The notes under the pieces: generated by a model | The model's input: only the letters and a program-made list of their open reading frames with translations | The model's database searches: none | Told to the model about the DNA's origin: nothing | NCBI GenBank assembly: GCA_963783575.1 | Contig: CAWAOD010000013.1 | Span: 192,001-256,000, forward strand | DNA: 64,000 nt | Origin: an uncultured Spirochaetota bacterium | GTDB lineage: Bacteria; Spirochaetota; Brevinematia; Brevinematales; JAOACQ01 | Direction: 5' to 3' | Program-made: the position numbers and the translations under genes | Shown: positions 1-10,397 of the stretch, in pieces | How the letters are laid out: every line of letters begins with the position of its first letter | Position numbering within the stretch: position 1 is the stretch's first letter

Positions 1-1
1 T

Positions 2-310
2 GAGACAATAGGGCGGGCGATAATGATCGATAATAATCAGGATGATTGGGGGGTCACTGTTGAATTTACCACCCGTTACCGTAAACCCATTCCTCTCAAT
101 GAGGAACTACGCGCAATTGGCCGGATTACAAAAAATGGGAAAAGAATTTTCGAGGGAACCGGGGAAATATTACTGGCGGATGGCAGCATAGGCGCGGAAG
201 GACATGGGAAATATCTTAAAATACCCCTTGATAAAATTGCCGGTTCCGCTGTTAAAGAAGACTGGAAAATTGTTCAAAATGATAATGATCCGGTTGAGAT
301 TTCAATTTAA
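2..310 (+). CDS. PaaI/hotdog-fold thioesterase, 5'-partial
   Basis: The frame is open from the window start (ETIGRAIM...). GVTVEFTTRYRKPIP and the following strands are typical of hotdog thioesterases. Confidence 0.75.
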   Translation, partial: ETIGRAIMIDNNQDDWGVTVEFTTRYRKPIPLNEELRAIGRITKNGKRIFEGTGEILLADGSIGAEGHGKYLKIPLDKIAGSAVKEDWKIVQNDNDPVEISI

Positions 311-359
311 CAAGCGTCTCGCTTGATCTATATTTATTTATATTTTCAGGAGATTATTT

Positions 360-1760
360 ATGAATAGGCAAAAATTATTTTTGATATTGTTTGCAGTTGT
401 TCTATTATTATGCAGTTCGTTGATTTTTGGCGAAATAAAAACGCTTACCTTAAGCAACGCCGTCGAAATGGCTTTAAAGAATAACCTCCAGATAAAGCAG
501 ATTGAATCGGATGTGAAAGCCGCCGAAGCCCAGTTCAGCCAGAGCTGGGCGGATTTCTGGCTTCCGGGTGTAAACCTTTCGGCGGGTTTGAATTATATCG
601 ACCCAACCACAGCCGATAATTCAAAGATATATTTGCCGAATATAACAAACACAAATATAACAACCCCTTTCGGAAAAATACCGACATTGATACCTAATGG
701 GGTCTTAACTGACCAATCAGTTTATTCCGACAATTATTCGGCCGGTGTGAGCATTACAAAGTCTCTTTTTGCCGGGTTCAGGCTTAAAAACGCGATGGAT
801 ATCAAAAAGATCAATCTTGACCTGGCAAAGATGAAGCTTTCCGATAAAAAAAAGGAGATTGAAAATAATGTGAATGTCTCTTTTTACAACCTGTTCCTTA
901 TCCGGGAAAATATCAGGATTACGATTGAGATGATGAACAATACAAAGGACAGGCTTGATTTCACGACCGAGAATTTCAAAGCCGGGTCTGTTGCCAAGTA
1001 TGATAAAATCCGGGCAGAGGTACAGTATAAAAATACCTTTCCGATCCTGACAAGGGTAACAAATGCCTATATGACTGCAAAAATCGCATTCTGTAATCTT
1101 ATCGGGGTTAATGATTCCGACAGCGTCGAGTTTATCGGGGATCTGATCGATTCGACAAATTATGTTTTTTCAGAGACGGATATGGATGTTTTATTAAAAG
1201 AGGCGATTTCAAACAGCATCGATATCCGTACAATCGATTATTCCCTGGAATCGCTTAAAATCAATAAAGAAATCGCGGCTTCAGGGAAATACCCGGTTTT
1301 AAGCGCTTATTTCAATTATCAATACGATTACAGGCTTTTTAATCCAACAAATACCGACAGGACTTTTGTGGGATCATGGAATACCGGGCTTCAATTTTCC
1401 ATGCCAATAGACCAATGGCTTCCCGTTTCAAAAACCGCGGCTTCGGTCAGCGAGGCAGACGCAAATATAGCTAAACTCGAGTTTTCAAGGAGCCAGATAA
1501 TCGACGGGCTTAAGCTGCAGCTTAAAACCTTTCTAATGCAGATGAAGGAAGCCAGGGATACTATCGCAAGCCAGAAAGAGACCGTCAGGCTTGCGAAAAT
1601 AAGCCTTGATCTTGCTAACGAAAGGTATAAGGTCGGTGTTACCTCATCCATAGAAGTTACCGATAATCTGACCTCATATAACCAGGCGGAAGTGGATTAC
1701 CTCCAGGCTATATATGATTATTATTCCAGCAGTATGAGGCTGAAGCGTCTCGTCGATTAG
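360..1760 (+). CDS. TolC-family outer membrane efflux protein
   Basis: Signal peptide, LTLSNAVEMALKNN start, two OEP-like helical repeats and C-terminal RYKVGVTSSIEV; CAGGAG RBS upstream. Confidence 0.9.
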   Translation: MNRQKLFLILFAVVLLLCSSLIFGEIKTLTLSNAVEMALKNNLQIKQIESDVKAAEAQFSQSWADFWLPGVNLSAGLNYIDPTTADNSKIYLPNITNTNITTPFGKIPTLIPNGVLTDQSVYSDNYSAGVSITKSLFAGFRLKNAMDIKKINLDLAKMKLSDKKKEIENNVNVSFYNLFLIRENIRITIEMMNNTKDRLDFTTENFKAGSVAKYDKIRAEVQYKNTFPILTRVTNAYMTAKIAFCNLIGVNDSDSVEFIGDLIDSTNYVFSETDMDVLLKEAISNSIDIRTIDYSLESLKINKEIAASGKYPVLSAYFNYQYDYRLFNPTNTDRTFVGSWNTGLQFSMPIDQWLPVSKTAASVSEADANIAKLEFSRSQIIDGLKLQLKTFLMQMKEARDTIASQKETVRLAKISLDLANERYKVGVTSSIEVTDNLTSYNQAEVDYLQAIYDYYSSSMRLKRLVD

Positions 1761-1772
1761 CAAGTGTGCCCT

Positions 1773-1855
1773 GCGGCATCGTGCCGCTTGGCGAATGGAG
1801 TTCGCCAATGTTTGCATTGTAAAAGTAAAACTCTCATGGAACATCCGTGTTTCCC
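1773..1855 (+). repeat. Three-hairpin REP-like element, copy A
   Basis: GCGGCA-TCG-TGCCGC, TTGGCGAA-TGGAG-TTCGCCAA, AT spacer, TCTCAT-GGAACA-TCCG-TGTTTCC. Homologous to copies at 27.2-27.55 kb and 62.95 kb. Confidence 0.75.
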
Positions 1856-1993
1856 AGGTAACTTGGGCTTGGCGAACTATACCGCATAATGCGGTATGTA
1901 GTTGTTCTCAAAGTAAAGTTCACATTGCGTGTCCATGCGCAGTTGTTGAGCAGAAACTGAGCCTGACGAAGTGTCCTAAGGGTTCAGAGTAGT

Positions 1994-3316
1994 TTATTTT
2001 TTTATAATATCCAGGATTCTTTCAACCGTATAAAACGATCCGGTAAAAACATTGAATCCCTTCGACGGGTCTTTTTGCGGCTTAATAAGTGAAATATCGC
2101 TTAAATAATCTACATTTTTCAGCTTATTTAACAAGCGGAAAAGCCTTTCACCGCCGCTTTTCCTGTGAGAAATAAAATCATAAACAGTTATCTGCGTAAA
2201 GAGGGATGAATTGTCCTCTATTATTCCGGCGATTCTCTCAATCTCTTTATCTGCAAGGATTCCGATAAAAAGATGATAATTATTTTCGGGCATATAAACT
2301 GTAATGGTTTTAAACAGGCTCTTCAGTGAAGAATCGTTATGGCTTACATCTATCAGGTTATTTCCGGCGATTTCCATACGGAAAGGAATTCTTAAAGCCG
2401 CCGCCGATTTGATAAGCGTGCCCTGGTTCTTGAACATGCCTGCGGTGAGCTTGCCGGATCCGTCGAACTGTGAAATTATTAAACAGGAAAACAATGCCAG
2501 TAGAAAATTTTCGATAAAAACATCGCCGATTTGGGATAATTCTATATTCGTCAGGGTTAATACCGATGATTTCATATTAATCGAAGAATCCCAGACGCTT
2601 CCGGACGGGCTTCTGTTTAGAACATTGTAATGGATGTAATCCGGGAAATAGTAAAGTACGGACTGTTTTTCCAGAGCTTTTTCTTTGATTATTTTCAGGG
2701 CTTCATTTGCCTGCGGGGCCGAAATCACCGGTATATTATGCTTGATAATGCCGGCTTTTTCTCCCGCGATCTCCTGCAGAGTATTTCCAAGTATCGCAGT
2801 ATGGTCATAAGCTATTGAAGTGATGACCGATAAAATAGGCTTGCAGTAATTTGTTGAGTCAAGCTTTCCGCCCAACCCTGTTTCAAGCACAACATATCCG
2901 CATTCTCTTTCAATAAAATGCGCCATCGCGATAAAGGTTAAGGCATCGAAAAATGTCGCCTTAAATTCTATTATTAATCCGGAAAATCGGCTGACTAAAC
3001 CGGAGAGGCTTTGATCCGAAATATCCGCGAAATTTATTTTTATCCTCTCATTTATCCGGAAAAGATGAGGGGATGTGTAGAGTCCGACATTAACATTTGT
3101 CGAAAGCCCGATTAATTTTGCCAGGTAAAAGGAAGTGCTTCCTTTCCCTTTAGTACCCGCTATATGCACGATTTTAATATTCGAATCGATAAGATTTGCC
3201 TGGTCCAGAAGCTTCTCGACCTTTTGCGGATCATAATTACTTCCGCTATATTTCTCAAAGCCTTTTTCATTATCGATCAGTGAATTGAGGAAACAGGCAG
3301 CTTCAAAATAATCCAT
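1994..3316 (-). CDS. folC: Folylpolyglutamate synthase/dihydrofolate synthase
   Basis: Motifs HIAGTKGKGS, YTSPHL, ETGLGGKLDSTN, EKAGIIK and DVSHN. Confidence 0.93.
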   Translation of the reverse strand: MDYFEAACFLNSLIDNEKGFEKYSGSNYDPQKVEKLLDQANLIDSNIKIVHIAGTKGKGSTSFYLAKLIGLSTNVNVGLYTSPHLFRINERIKINFADISDQSLSGLVSRFSGLIIEFKATFFDALTFIAMAHFIERECGYVVLETGLGGKLDSTNYCKPILSVITSIAYDHTAILGNTLQEIAGEKAGIIKHNIPVISAPQANEALKIIKEKALEKQSVLYYFPDYIHYNVLNRSPSGSVWDSSINMKSSVLTLTNIELSQIGDVFIENFLLALFSCLIISQFDGSGKLTAGMFKNQGTLIKSAAALRIPFRMEIAGNNLIDVSHNDSSLKSLFKTITVYMPENNYHLFIGILADKEIERIAGIIEDNSSLFTQITVYDFISHRKSGGERLFRLLNKLKNVDYLSDISLIKPQKDPSKGFNVFTGSFYTVERILDIIKK

Positions 3317-3451
3317 TAAATTCTCTCTTGATGTCCTGCGACATCGCTTGCGGAGTTCTGTATAAATTAACTTGCCACTACTTACCGCGGAATATTTTAT
3401 TATTAAACAGACTGGTTTGGATGAAAGGGAATAATATTTGGTATTGAAAAG

Positions 3452-3772
3452 TTATTCCTTATAGGCTTTGCTTCTTGCAAAATCGATAGAATTGGCCTTT
3501 GCAATTTCAGGTTCTACCGTGTTTGATTTTTCATAAGCGGAGATTGCCATTTTATAGCTTTTTACAGTTTCATATGCTTTTCCCTGCTTAAAGTACCATT
3601 CGGCAAAATCCTGAATAAGTTCCCGGCTGGAACTTTTAGGTAAGTCAATACCCTGGTTTGCTCCATCTCTTACTTTGAAAGTGCTGGAAAAATCTTTATT
3701 TTGATCTTGATGACCTTCAGGCTTTTTCACGGAGTTTGTATGAGGAATAAAAGCGACTCTTTCAACTTTCAT
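3452..3772 (-). CDS. Hypothetical protein with a single TPR-like C-terminal motif
   Basis: Strong AAGGAGG RBS; AEWYFKQGKAYE...AISAYEKS resembles a TPR. Confidence 0.6.
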   Translation of the reverse strand: MKVERVAFIPHTNSVKKPEGHQDQNKDFSSTFKVRDGANQGIDLPKSSSRELIQDFAEWYFKQGKAYETVKSYKMAISAYEKSNTVEPEIAKANSIDFARSKAYKE

Positions 3773-3814
3773 AATAAAACCTCCTTGTAGAGATTTCTCC
3801 TTTTAACTTATTTT

Positions 3815-4162
3815 TGGAGGCGGTGGGAATCGAACCCACGTCCTGAAACCGAAACCGATAAACCTTATCCACAAGCTTGGCTTTATTTTATTTTCGAAAT
3901 AAAACGGAAACAAAGCAAACCGTTTTATTCCAGAGCCGGATAAATTTCGGACTCCGCCCACCGGCGAAACGGAGCCTATCCCTCATTTATGACCTATTAA
4001 CAATCCCGAAGGAGAGAACCGTTAACAGGTGGCAGCATTAAGCTGCCATTGCATAAGAATAATTATCTTCTGCACTTATATTTTTGAGCAGTTTAAAGGG
4101 TTACTCAAGCCCTGCTTGAAGCCTATTGATCCCGCTGTCTCAGTCGAAAGCCAAACGCCCCC
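3815..4162 (-). ncRNA. ssrA: tmRNA; predicted tag (A)AEDNYSYAMAA*
   Basis: 5' GGGGGCGTTTGGCTTTCGAC and 3' GTGGGTTCGATTCCCACCGCCTCCA form an alanyl acceptor stem with a G3-U pair. The internal tag frame ends in AMAA-stop. CCA is not encoded. About 348 nt. Confidence 0.96.
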
Positions 4163-4172
4163 CATATATTGT

Positions 4173-4201
4173 ACTATAACTTATTTTTTACTAAAAATCA
4201 A
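4173..4201 (-). promoter_or_regulatory. Candidate sigma70 promoter of ssrA
   Basis: TTGATT-17 bp-TATAGT on the minus strand just upstream of the tmRNA 5' end. Confidence 0.55.
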
Positions 4202-4287
4202 GATTCAAACGATATATTTTAAAAACAATTCGCCTTTTCTATTATCGGAAAGATCAATGGGAATGTTTAGGGTTTTCCGGAAAAATT

Positions 4288-5229
4288 TTAATCATTTATT
4301 AATAGAGAGATGTCTAACGGCTTTACCGTATGAGTCAATGATCCCATAGATATATAATCAACACCGCTTCCTGCCAGTTCAACAAGTCTTTTTTCATCGA
4401 TATTGCCGGAAACCTCGGTATATTTCCCGGAATTGATAATTTTTAACGCTTCATTAACCATTCCATTGTTCATATTATCAAGCATTATGATATCGGCGTC
4501 AGTTCCCATCGCTTCTTTTACCTGATCGAGGGTTTCTGTTTCGACCTCAATAACTTTATCGGGAAAGTTTGCCCTGGCAGCCCTGACGGCTTCTGTAATT
4601 CCGCCTGCGGCAAAGATATGGTTTTCCTTTATCAGTATCATATCATAAAGGCCAAGCCTGTGATTGCAGCCCCCGCCTACATTGACCGCGTATTTCTGAA
4701 GTTCCCTCAAGCCGGGCATGGTTTTACGGGTATCGAGCAATTTCACCGGATAACCATGGACCAATTTTACGAGCCTGTTTACTTTTGTGGAAATTCCGGA
4801 AAGCATCCCAAGAAAATTCAAAGCTATCCGCTCACCCATAGTAATGGATAGAGCTTTTCCGGAGATTTTTGAAATTACATTGCCTTTTTTTACAATGTCG
4901 CCATCCGTTTTATAAGGTTCAACCGTAACCGAAGTATCAATCCTGGAATAGACATATTTCAAAATATCCAAACCGCATACGATTCCTTCTTCTTTCGCTA
5001 TTATTTTTGCGGAAACGATCTTTGTTTGATCCTTAAACAATGATTGCGATGTGATGTCACCGGAGCTTCCCAGGTCTTCCGAAATTGCCAGATCCACAAT
5101 CCTTTCAAGTAATCCGGGCCTGATTGAGGTAATATTCTTCGGAAAATCGATTTTTTTATTTGACAATTTAAGCTCCTGGCGGTTTTTTAGGATACGGCCC
5201 CTATGCTGCGGCCTTAGGATGCAATCCAT
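4288..5229 (-). CDS. nadC: Nicotinate-nucleotide pyrophosphorylase (true start probably about 60 nt downstream of the ORF start)
   Basis: Motifs EDLG..GDITS, ERIALNFL, DTRKTMPG, NHRLGLYDMILIKENH and IMLDN. Confidence 0.96.
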   Translation of the reverse strand: MDCILRPQHRGRILKNRQELKLSNKKIDFPKNITSIRPGLLERIVDLAISEDLGSSGDITSQSLFKDQTKIVSAKIIAKEEGIVCGLDILKYVYSRIDTSVTVEPYKTDGDIVKKGNVISKISGKALSITMGERIALNFLGMLSGISTKVNRLVKLVHGYPVKLLDTRKTMPGLRELQKYAVNVGGGCNHRLGLYDMILIKENHIFAAGGITEAVRAARANFPDKVIEVETETLDQVKEAMGTDADIIMLDNMNNGMVNEALKIINSGKYTEVSGNIDEKRLVELAGSGVDYISMGSLTHTVKPLDISLLIND

Positions 5230-5240
5230 AGACTGCGGTC

Positions 5241-5969
5241 TTAGGATGCTATCCTTTGGAAGATATAGTGACTGATGCTTTCCTGTACCTGGTTTGACAT
5301 ATCCGAAAACCGGAAAGCGCAGAACTTGTTTTGATAAGCGACTACAAATGCATCAACAAAAACGTCCTTGCCGTCAAGGATAAACTGCATATTTTTAACT
5401 TCAGCGCCCGGGGCCAGTGAATCCGGGGGAAATGTGCCTATCAGTTCCACGGCTATTCCTCCGAAACTGATGTCTTTTATCAAACCGATAATTAGCTGAG
5501 AATTGACCGGGGATCTGAATTTTATCCCGATTCTCTCATTAGGATTGGTTGTATCTACAGAAACCCTTACAAATTTTCTTTCTGGAGGAGTGCCTTTTAC
5601 CTTTTGATAGGTATCAATAATGTAATTTGAAACATACTCTTCACTTGCATTGCTTTTTATAAAACCGATCACGCCAATCTGAATAGCAAGGGTAATATAC
5701 TGTTTTTCAATTGAGCCTATAAGCAAAATTACGGCTGTATTTTTTATTTGTTCGGCGGCGTTGGTTTTTATTTCTTTAACCAGATTAAAAACTATGGAAT
5801 AATCTTCCTGAATTACATCAAGAACTGCAATGTCGCACTGCATAGTCTTCATTTTTTCCAGAAGTGATTCCGGCCTTTCAGCATGATAGAGCGAAATTCC
5901 TTTCGGAATCAGCGCGTTGACAAAGGTATTCCTGGCATAATATGACTGAGTATAGATAAATACATTCAT
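5241..5969 (-). CDS. Receiver-like domain plus PilZ domain protein
   Basis: N-terminal REC-like fold (DIAVLDV); C-terminal ERKFVRV and DISFGG PilZ signatures. Confidence 0.75.
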   Translation of the reverse strand: MNVFIYTQSYYARNTFVNALIPKGISLYHAERPESLLEKMKTMQCDIAVLDVIQEDYSIVFNLVKEIKTNAAEQIKNTAVILLIGSIEKQYITLAIQIGVIGFIKSNASEEYVSNYIIDTYQKVKGTPPERKFVRVSVDTTNPNERIGIKFRSPVNSQLIIGLIKDISFGGIAVELIGTFPPDSLAPGAEVKNMQFILDGKDVFVDAFVVAYQNKFCAFRFSDMSNQVQESISHYIFQRIAS

Positions 5970-5978
5970 AATAGATCC

Positions 5979-7838
5979 TTATTCCGAAGAAGCTCCGGTA
6001 AATCTTTTTTTGATCTCTTCAGTAATCTTTTTGGAACTGGCTTCGGGTATTCCTTCCGAGATTAAATCCTGGACTTTAAGGTTTTTTATTATATCATAGT
6101 TTAGAAATTTCTTCAGTATAATCTGTTTTCTTTTTACTCCAATTCCCGGGATTTTTTCAAATATTGATTCAAGCGTTGATAAGTCTTTTGTTTTATTATA
6201 AAAGCTGTTCGCAATCCGGTGTGATTCATCCCGAACCTGCTGTAAAATATGCAGAGCGGGAGAGTTTTTGTCCGGCACAATCGGTTTATCCTGAAATAAA
6301 TTATATATTTCTTCGTTTTTTTTAGCAAGTGAAATTACATTTAATTGTATACCGAGTTCATAAAGCGCCGACTGGGCAGCATTCAACTGTCCTTTTCCCC
6401 CGTCTATTAAAATCAAATCGGGGAAATCGCCGTTTTCTTCATTCAGCCGCTTATAACGGCGGAATACAGCTTCATGAATCATCGCGAAGTCATCCGGGGT
6501 TGATTTTGATCTTATTTTAAAATGCCGGTAATTTTTTTTATCCGGTTTGCCGGCGTAAAAGGAAACCATCGACGCGACGGCGAACTTACCCAGAATATTT
6601 GCAATATCGAAACCCTCGATTCTCATCGGCAGCGTGTCAAGTTCAAGGGTATTCTGCAGGAGTTTCAGGCTCTCGGAAGTCTCAACCTTGCTTAACATCT
6701 GAGCCATATTGAGGCTTGCGTTTTCTACCGCCATCCTGATAAGCGCCCGCTGTCTTTCACCCCTCGGGATATTTATTTTGAGATTTATATCAATTTTTTC
6801 AAAATACAGATTTAACGGTTCTACGATATCCTTATATTCTTCCGCAATTACAAAAGATTTGACTTTATCATCAATTTTCCTTGAATATTCAATAATGAAG
6901 TTTGTCATAACGTCGCTGATATCCTCATCGAGCTGCAGCGACGCCGAATAGCTCCTTTTCCCGATCATCCTGCCTTTACGGATTATTGTTATCACAAAAA
7001 TCACCTTTCCCATTTTTGTAAACAAACCTATAAAATCAGTATTCATGTTTGCATCAAAAAAGACATTCTGGGTTTCCTCAAAGAGCCTGATCGCGGAAAT
7101 TTTTTCCTTTATGAGCTGGGCCTTTTCAAACAGAAGGTTTCCCGATGCCTTTTTCATTTCGGCATCAAGATCTTCCAGAAGGCTCCCTGTTTCCCCGGAT
7201 AGGAAAAGCAGCGCAGCTTTAACCTGTTCCCGGTAATCCTCATAACTGACTTTATGAACGCATGGCGCGGTACATCTTTTTATATGGTAATTAAGGCAGG
7301 CTTTGCCGGGCATTTCAAAGCATGTCCGTATCATGAATAATCTTTGCACAACATCAATGTACTGCCTTACCGATCTTGCGCTTGTGTAAGGACCGAAATA
7401 TTTTGAACCGTCCCTTCTTTCTTCCCGGCTGAATACGATTCTCGGGAAATCATCCTTAACAGTGACCTTGATGAACGGATAAAACTTATTATCCTTGAAC
7501 ATTACATTATATTTAGGCTGGTATTCCTTGATCAGGTTGGCTTCCAGTATCAAAGCCTCAGGTTCGTTCGCCACTTTGATGTAATCGATCAGGCTTATGT
7601 TTTCTACAAGGAAGTAGGTTTTTAGCTCTTTTCCCGATTGAAAATATGATGAGACCCTTTTTTTCAGGCTCTTTGCCTTACCGACATAAATGACTTTCCC
7701 GTTTTTATCCTTCATCAGGTAAACACCGGGGCTGTCGGGCAGCGTACCGGCTTCGGAAGGCTGAACGAATCCTTCCATCTTTTGAATATTGCCGTTAATA
7801 TTTTGTATGTTTATTTCAGGTTGTTTATTATCATTCAT
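5979..7838 (-). CDS. uvrC: Excinuclease ABC subunit C
   Basis: GIY-YIG (PGVYLM..YVGKA), RIEGFDIAN, DLILIDGGKGQL, RDESHR and HhH GIG motifs. Confidence 0.97.
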   Translation of the reverse strand: MNDNKQPEINIQNINGNIQKMEGFVQPSEAGTLPDSPGVYLMKDKNGKVIYVGKAKSLKKRVSSYFQSGKELKTYFLVENISLIDYIKVANEPEALILEANLIKEYQPKYNVMFKDNKFYPFIKVTVKDDFPRIVFSREERRDGSKYFGPYTSARSVRQYIDVVQRLFMIRTCFEMPGKACLNYHIKRCTAPCVHKVSYEDYREQVKAALLFLSGETGSLLEDLDAEMKKASGNLLFEKAQLIKEKISAIRLFEETQNVFFDANMNTDFIGLFTKMGKVIFVITIIRKGRMIGKRSYSASLQLDEDISDVMTNFIIEYSRKIDDKVKSFVIAEEYKDIVEPLNLYFEKIDINLKINIPRGERQRALIRMAVENASLNMAQMLSKVETSESLKLLQNTLELDTLPMRIEGFDIANILGKFAVASMVSFYAGKPDKKNYRHFKIRSKSTPDDFAMIHEAVFRRYKRLNEENGDFPDLILIDGGKGQLNAAQSALYELGIQLNVISLAKKNEEIYNLFQDKPIVPDKNSPALHILQQVRDESHRIANSFYNKTKDLSTLESIFEKIPGIGVKRKQIILKKFLNYDIIKNLKVQDLISEGIPEASSKKITEEIKKRFTGASSE

Positions 7839-8022
7839 AAATATTTATCCTATATTAGTTCAAAAGGGGCAGGTTCCAAAATTAATATAATTTCAACTTT
7901 AACTTGTTAATATTATTCAATTATTAATCATTGGTCAAACAAATAACAAATATTATTGATTATAAAAGGAAAGATCACAATTGAGAATAACTTTGAATAT
8001 CACTATATTTTCATAGAAAAAG

Positions 8023-8601
8023 CTATAACCGTTTGATCATTTTAATTCCGTGTTCTCCATCCGGATAATAACCAGGCAGAGAATGTTTTTCTTCAAATCC
8101 TAAATTTTTATATAACTGAACGGCTCTAAAATTGCTTTTGCGTACTTCAAGGCTCATTGTTTTGAAATCATGCCTTAATATCCCAAATTTCATCTCCAGG
8201 TAGGACCTGGCGAATCCTTTTCCCGAATATTCGGGAAGGATACATATCGAATACAGTCTTATGTTTCTGCTGTTTTTTCTGGTGAAATAAGAAGCCCACC
8301 CGACGGATTCAGGCTTGCCGCTTTTATTACCGGGTTGAATTTCAATTAAATCCACCAGGACCGAACCCATAGGGTTCCTGAGGTACCATTTGATCTGGCG
8401 GGGTTTTAAGCGGTCGTGTTTATTAAAGCATATTCCCTCAATTTCATCGATCAACCGCCAATCGGAAAATTCCGCCTTCCTCGATACTACTACCGTATCA
8501 GAGCCCATCGAACGCTTCACCGAGAAGGTATTTAATGATCCATTCATAAATATAAGGCGATTTCTGGTCCTCAAGACCCTGGTCGATGTTGGGATTGTCA
8601 T
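8023..8601 (-). CDS. GNAT/RimI-like N-acetyltransferase (true start probably near 8508)
   Basis: LYSICILPEYSGKGFA, LEVRKSN..AVQLYKNLGF, GYYPDGE. Confidence 0.85.
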   Translation of the reverse strand: MTIPTSTRVLRTRNRLIFMNGSLNTFSVKRSMGSDTVVVSRKAEFSDWRLIDEIEGICFNKHDRLKPRQIKWYLRNPMGSVLVDLIEIQPGNKSGKPESVGWASYFTRKNSRNIRLYSICILPEYSGKGFARSYLEMKFGILRHDFKTMSLEVRKSNFRAVQLYKNLGFEEKHSLPGYYPDGEHGIKMIKRL

Positions 8602-9391
8602 TAACTTCTATCACGTAGAACTCGTTGTCGACCTCTTTCAAATCCACCCCGTACAATCCATCGCCTATAGACGCGCCGGCCTTTTGCGCCGTATCAAGAA
8701 GCTTCGGGTTAACCTGGTCTATATCCATTCCTTCAACCGTGCATTGAAGGATTTTACCCTCGTGGTCATGGTCGACAATTTTCCACGCGTTCGGGTCCAT
8801 TATATACTTTACGATTGAGATCACTTTTTTGTCCAGCAGAACAACACGCCAGTCAAACCTGCTCGGAAGATACTGCTGAACGATAATAATATCCGATCTT
8901 CTCAGGAATTTCTTTCCCACGCGAAGGAATTCGTCAGGCGTTGAAACTTTTTCCACATAAGCAGAGAAGCTTGAATTCGGGGCCTTTAAAACGAGAGGAA
9001 TTCCGAGAGATTCGAAAAAATCCCTCGCGTTCTCGATCGTCAATTCGTCATCTTTCAAAAAAACCGTGGAAGGATGCTGTACATTGTCTTTCTGAAGGTG
9101 GGAATACATATTGACTTTATCCGAACAGATCCTTATATCGGAAGATTTGTCAAGTACTCTTATTTTATTCAGCTCCGCCATACGCGAAATCATATAACTG
9201 GTGTTAAGAGGATCGGTAAGCGCCCTTATAAATATCGCGTCATAATTTTTCATGTACTTTATATCATCCTTGAAGATAAAATCCAGGTTATGGCCCAATT
9301 CCAGAGCGGCCTGCCGGAAATTAAAGAGGGAGTTTAACTCGGCCGCCATCCGCAGAGTACTACGTTCCGTAAAAATAGCTATTTTTGCCAT
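8498..9391 (-). CDS. RimK-family ATP-grasp ligase
   Basis: PLVLKAPNSSFS, FDWRV, YGVDLKE, VIEVNDNPNID. Confidence 0.9.
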   Translation of the reverse strand: MAKIAIFTERSTLRMAAELNSLFNFRQAALELGHNLDFIFKDDIKYMKNYDAIFIRALTDPLNTSYMISRMAELNKIRVLDKSSDIRICSDKVNMYSHLQKDNVQHPSTVFLKDDELTIENARDFFESLGIPLVLKAPNSSFSAYVEKVSTPDEFLRVGKKFLRRSDIIIVQQYLPSRFDWRVVLLDKKVISIVKYIMDPNAWKIVDHDHEGKILQCTVEGMDIDQVNPKLLDTAQKAGASIGDGLYGVDLKEVDNEFYVIEVNDNPNIDQGLEDQKSPYIYEWIIKYLLGEAFDGL

Positions 9392-10011
9392 TCGCCCATT
9401 CCCTCCAGCATTTTCTTTTCGTTTATGCTTAACGTATCATAATCAAGCGGTTCGATAGCGCTTAAAAGGTAAGTCTCAAGAGTCACTATTACTTTGATTT
9501 TCATCAGCGGCACTTTGAAAGTCCGGAAAACGCTCATCGCAAAATCCTGGTACTCTTTTACCATTGTTTTCCCCAGGATACACCTTATGGTGTCAAGGCG
9601 GTAATCTTCCGGCGGTATTTTCTGAATGAGCGCGAGGTATTTACCGGAAAGAGTCAGGGATTTTATTTTATGTTCATAAAATTTCATGTTATCTATGATA
9701 TATGAATTGCTTGATATCGGGTTCATAGCATAGCCCAATACCGGGAAATAATCGATTTTTGCCTTATCGGTCAGGATCTGGTATTCGGGGATTGGAATAT
9801 TGTTGATTTTTGCCTTTTCCATTGCAATCGCGATGATATAAGCGTCAAGGCTTTCCTTTGTGGTCGGATGAACATTGATTCCGCTAAGCTGGGATTGAAG
9901 GGTTTGATAGTATCCTTCAAGCAGATATGTGTAATCGCCGTAAAGATTATAATACGAATCTTTTTCACTCAGTAAATCCTCGTGAGTCTTAAATAGCCAG
10001 ATTTCGTTCAT
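9379..10011 (-). CDS. RimK-like ATP-grasp N-terminal (RLAN-type) domain protein
   Basis: NLYGDYTYLLEGYYQTL resembles the RLAN motif; overlaps the ATP-grasp gene. Confidence 0.65.
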   Translation of the reverse strand: MNEIWLFKTHEDLLSEKDSYYNLYGDYTYLLEGYYQTLQSQLSGINVHPTTKESLDAYIIAIAMEKAKINNIPIPEYQILTDKAKIDYFPVLGYAMNPISSNSYIIDNMKFYEHKIKSLTLSGKYLALIQKIPPEDYRLDTIRCILGKTMVKEYQDFAMSVFRTFKVPLMKIKVIVTLETYLLSAIEPLDYDTLSINEKKMLEGMGEWQK

Positions 10012-10367
10012 AATTTCTTGTTTTTTTAACCTCCGAAGTTTAAACCCAATTTCACAATTTCACCGAATCTTAACAATCTTGAGGCTCGACTTGTTTTAAT
10101 TTCTTGCAGCCTTCTGCTCTTTGCTTTTAGTGACCGGGAAAAATGTAAAATTGCGCTTATTGTGTAAGGAAAGATTATAAGGAATATTGTGGAATATATC
10201 AAGAGGTTGGGGGAATAATTTATTTCCGGTTAAGCATGAAATTTATAACTGCCTCTGAATAAAGCCGGTTTCTTGCAATGGATGCAATAGCCTATAAATT
10301 TTTGCCGGGAGTTTTCCAAAAAGCGATTATCAAAACCTTCGCCTTAAAATTGCCCCAAAAAATATAT

Positions 10368-10397
10368 TTGACAGACCGTTAAAGGCCATGCTATAAT
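10368..10397 (+). promoter_or_regulatory. Consensus sigma70 promoter facing the cassette array (Pc-like)
   Basis: TTGACA-18 bp-TATAAT with an extended -10 TG. Confidence 0.7.

Noticed and set aside
3780..3860. Island integrated at the tmRNA 3' end
   Set aside because: No duplicate of the tmRNA 3' end or adjacent integrase was seen in the window.
4029..4349. 106-aa plus-strand ORF
   Set aside because: It is antisense to tmRNA and its promoter and has no protein features.
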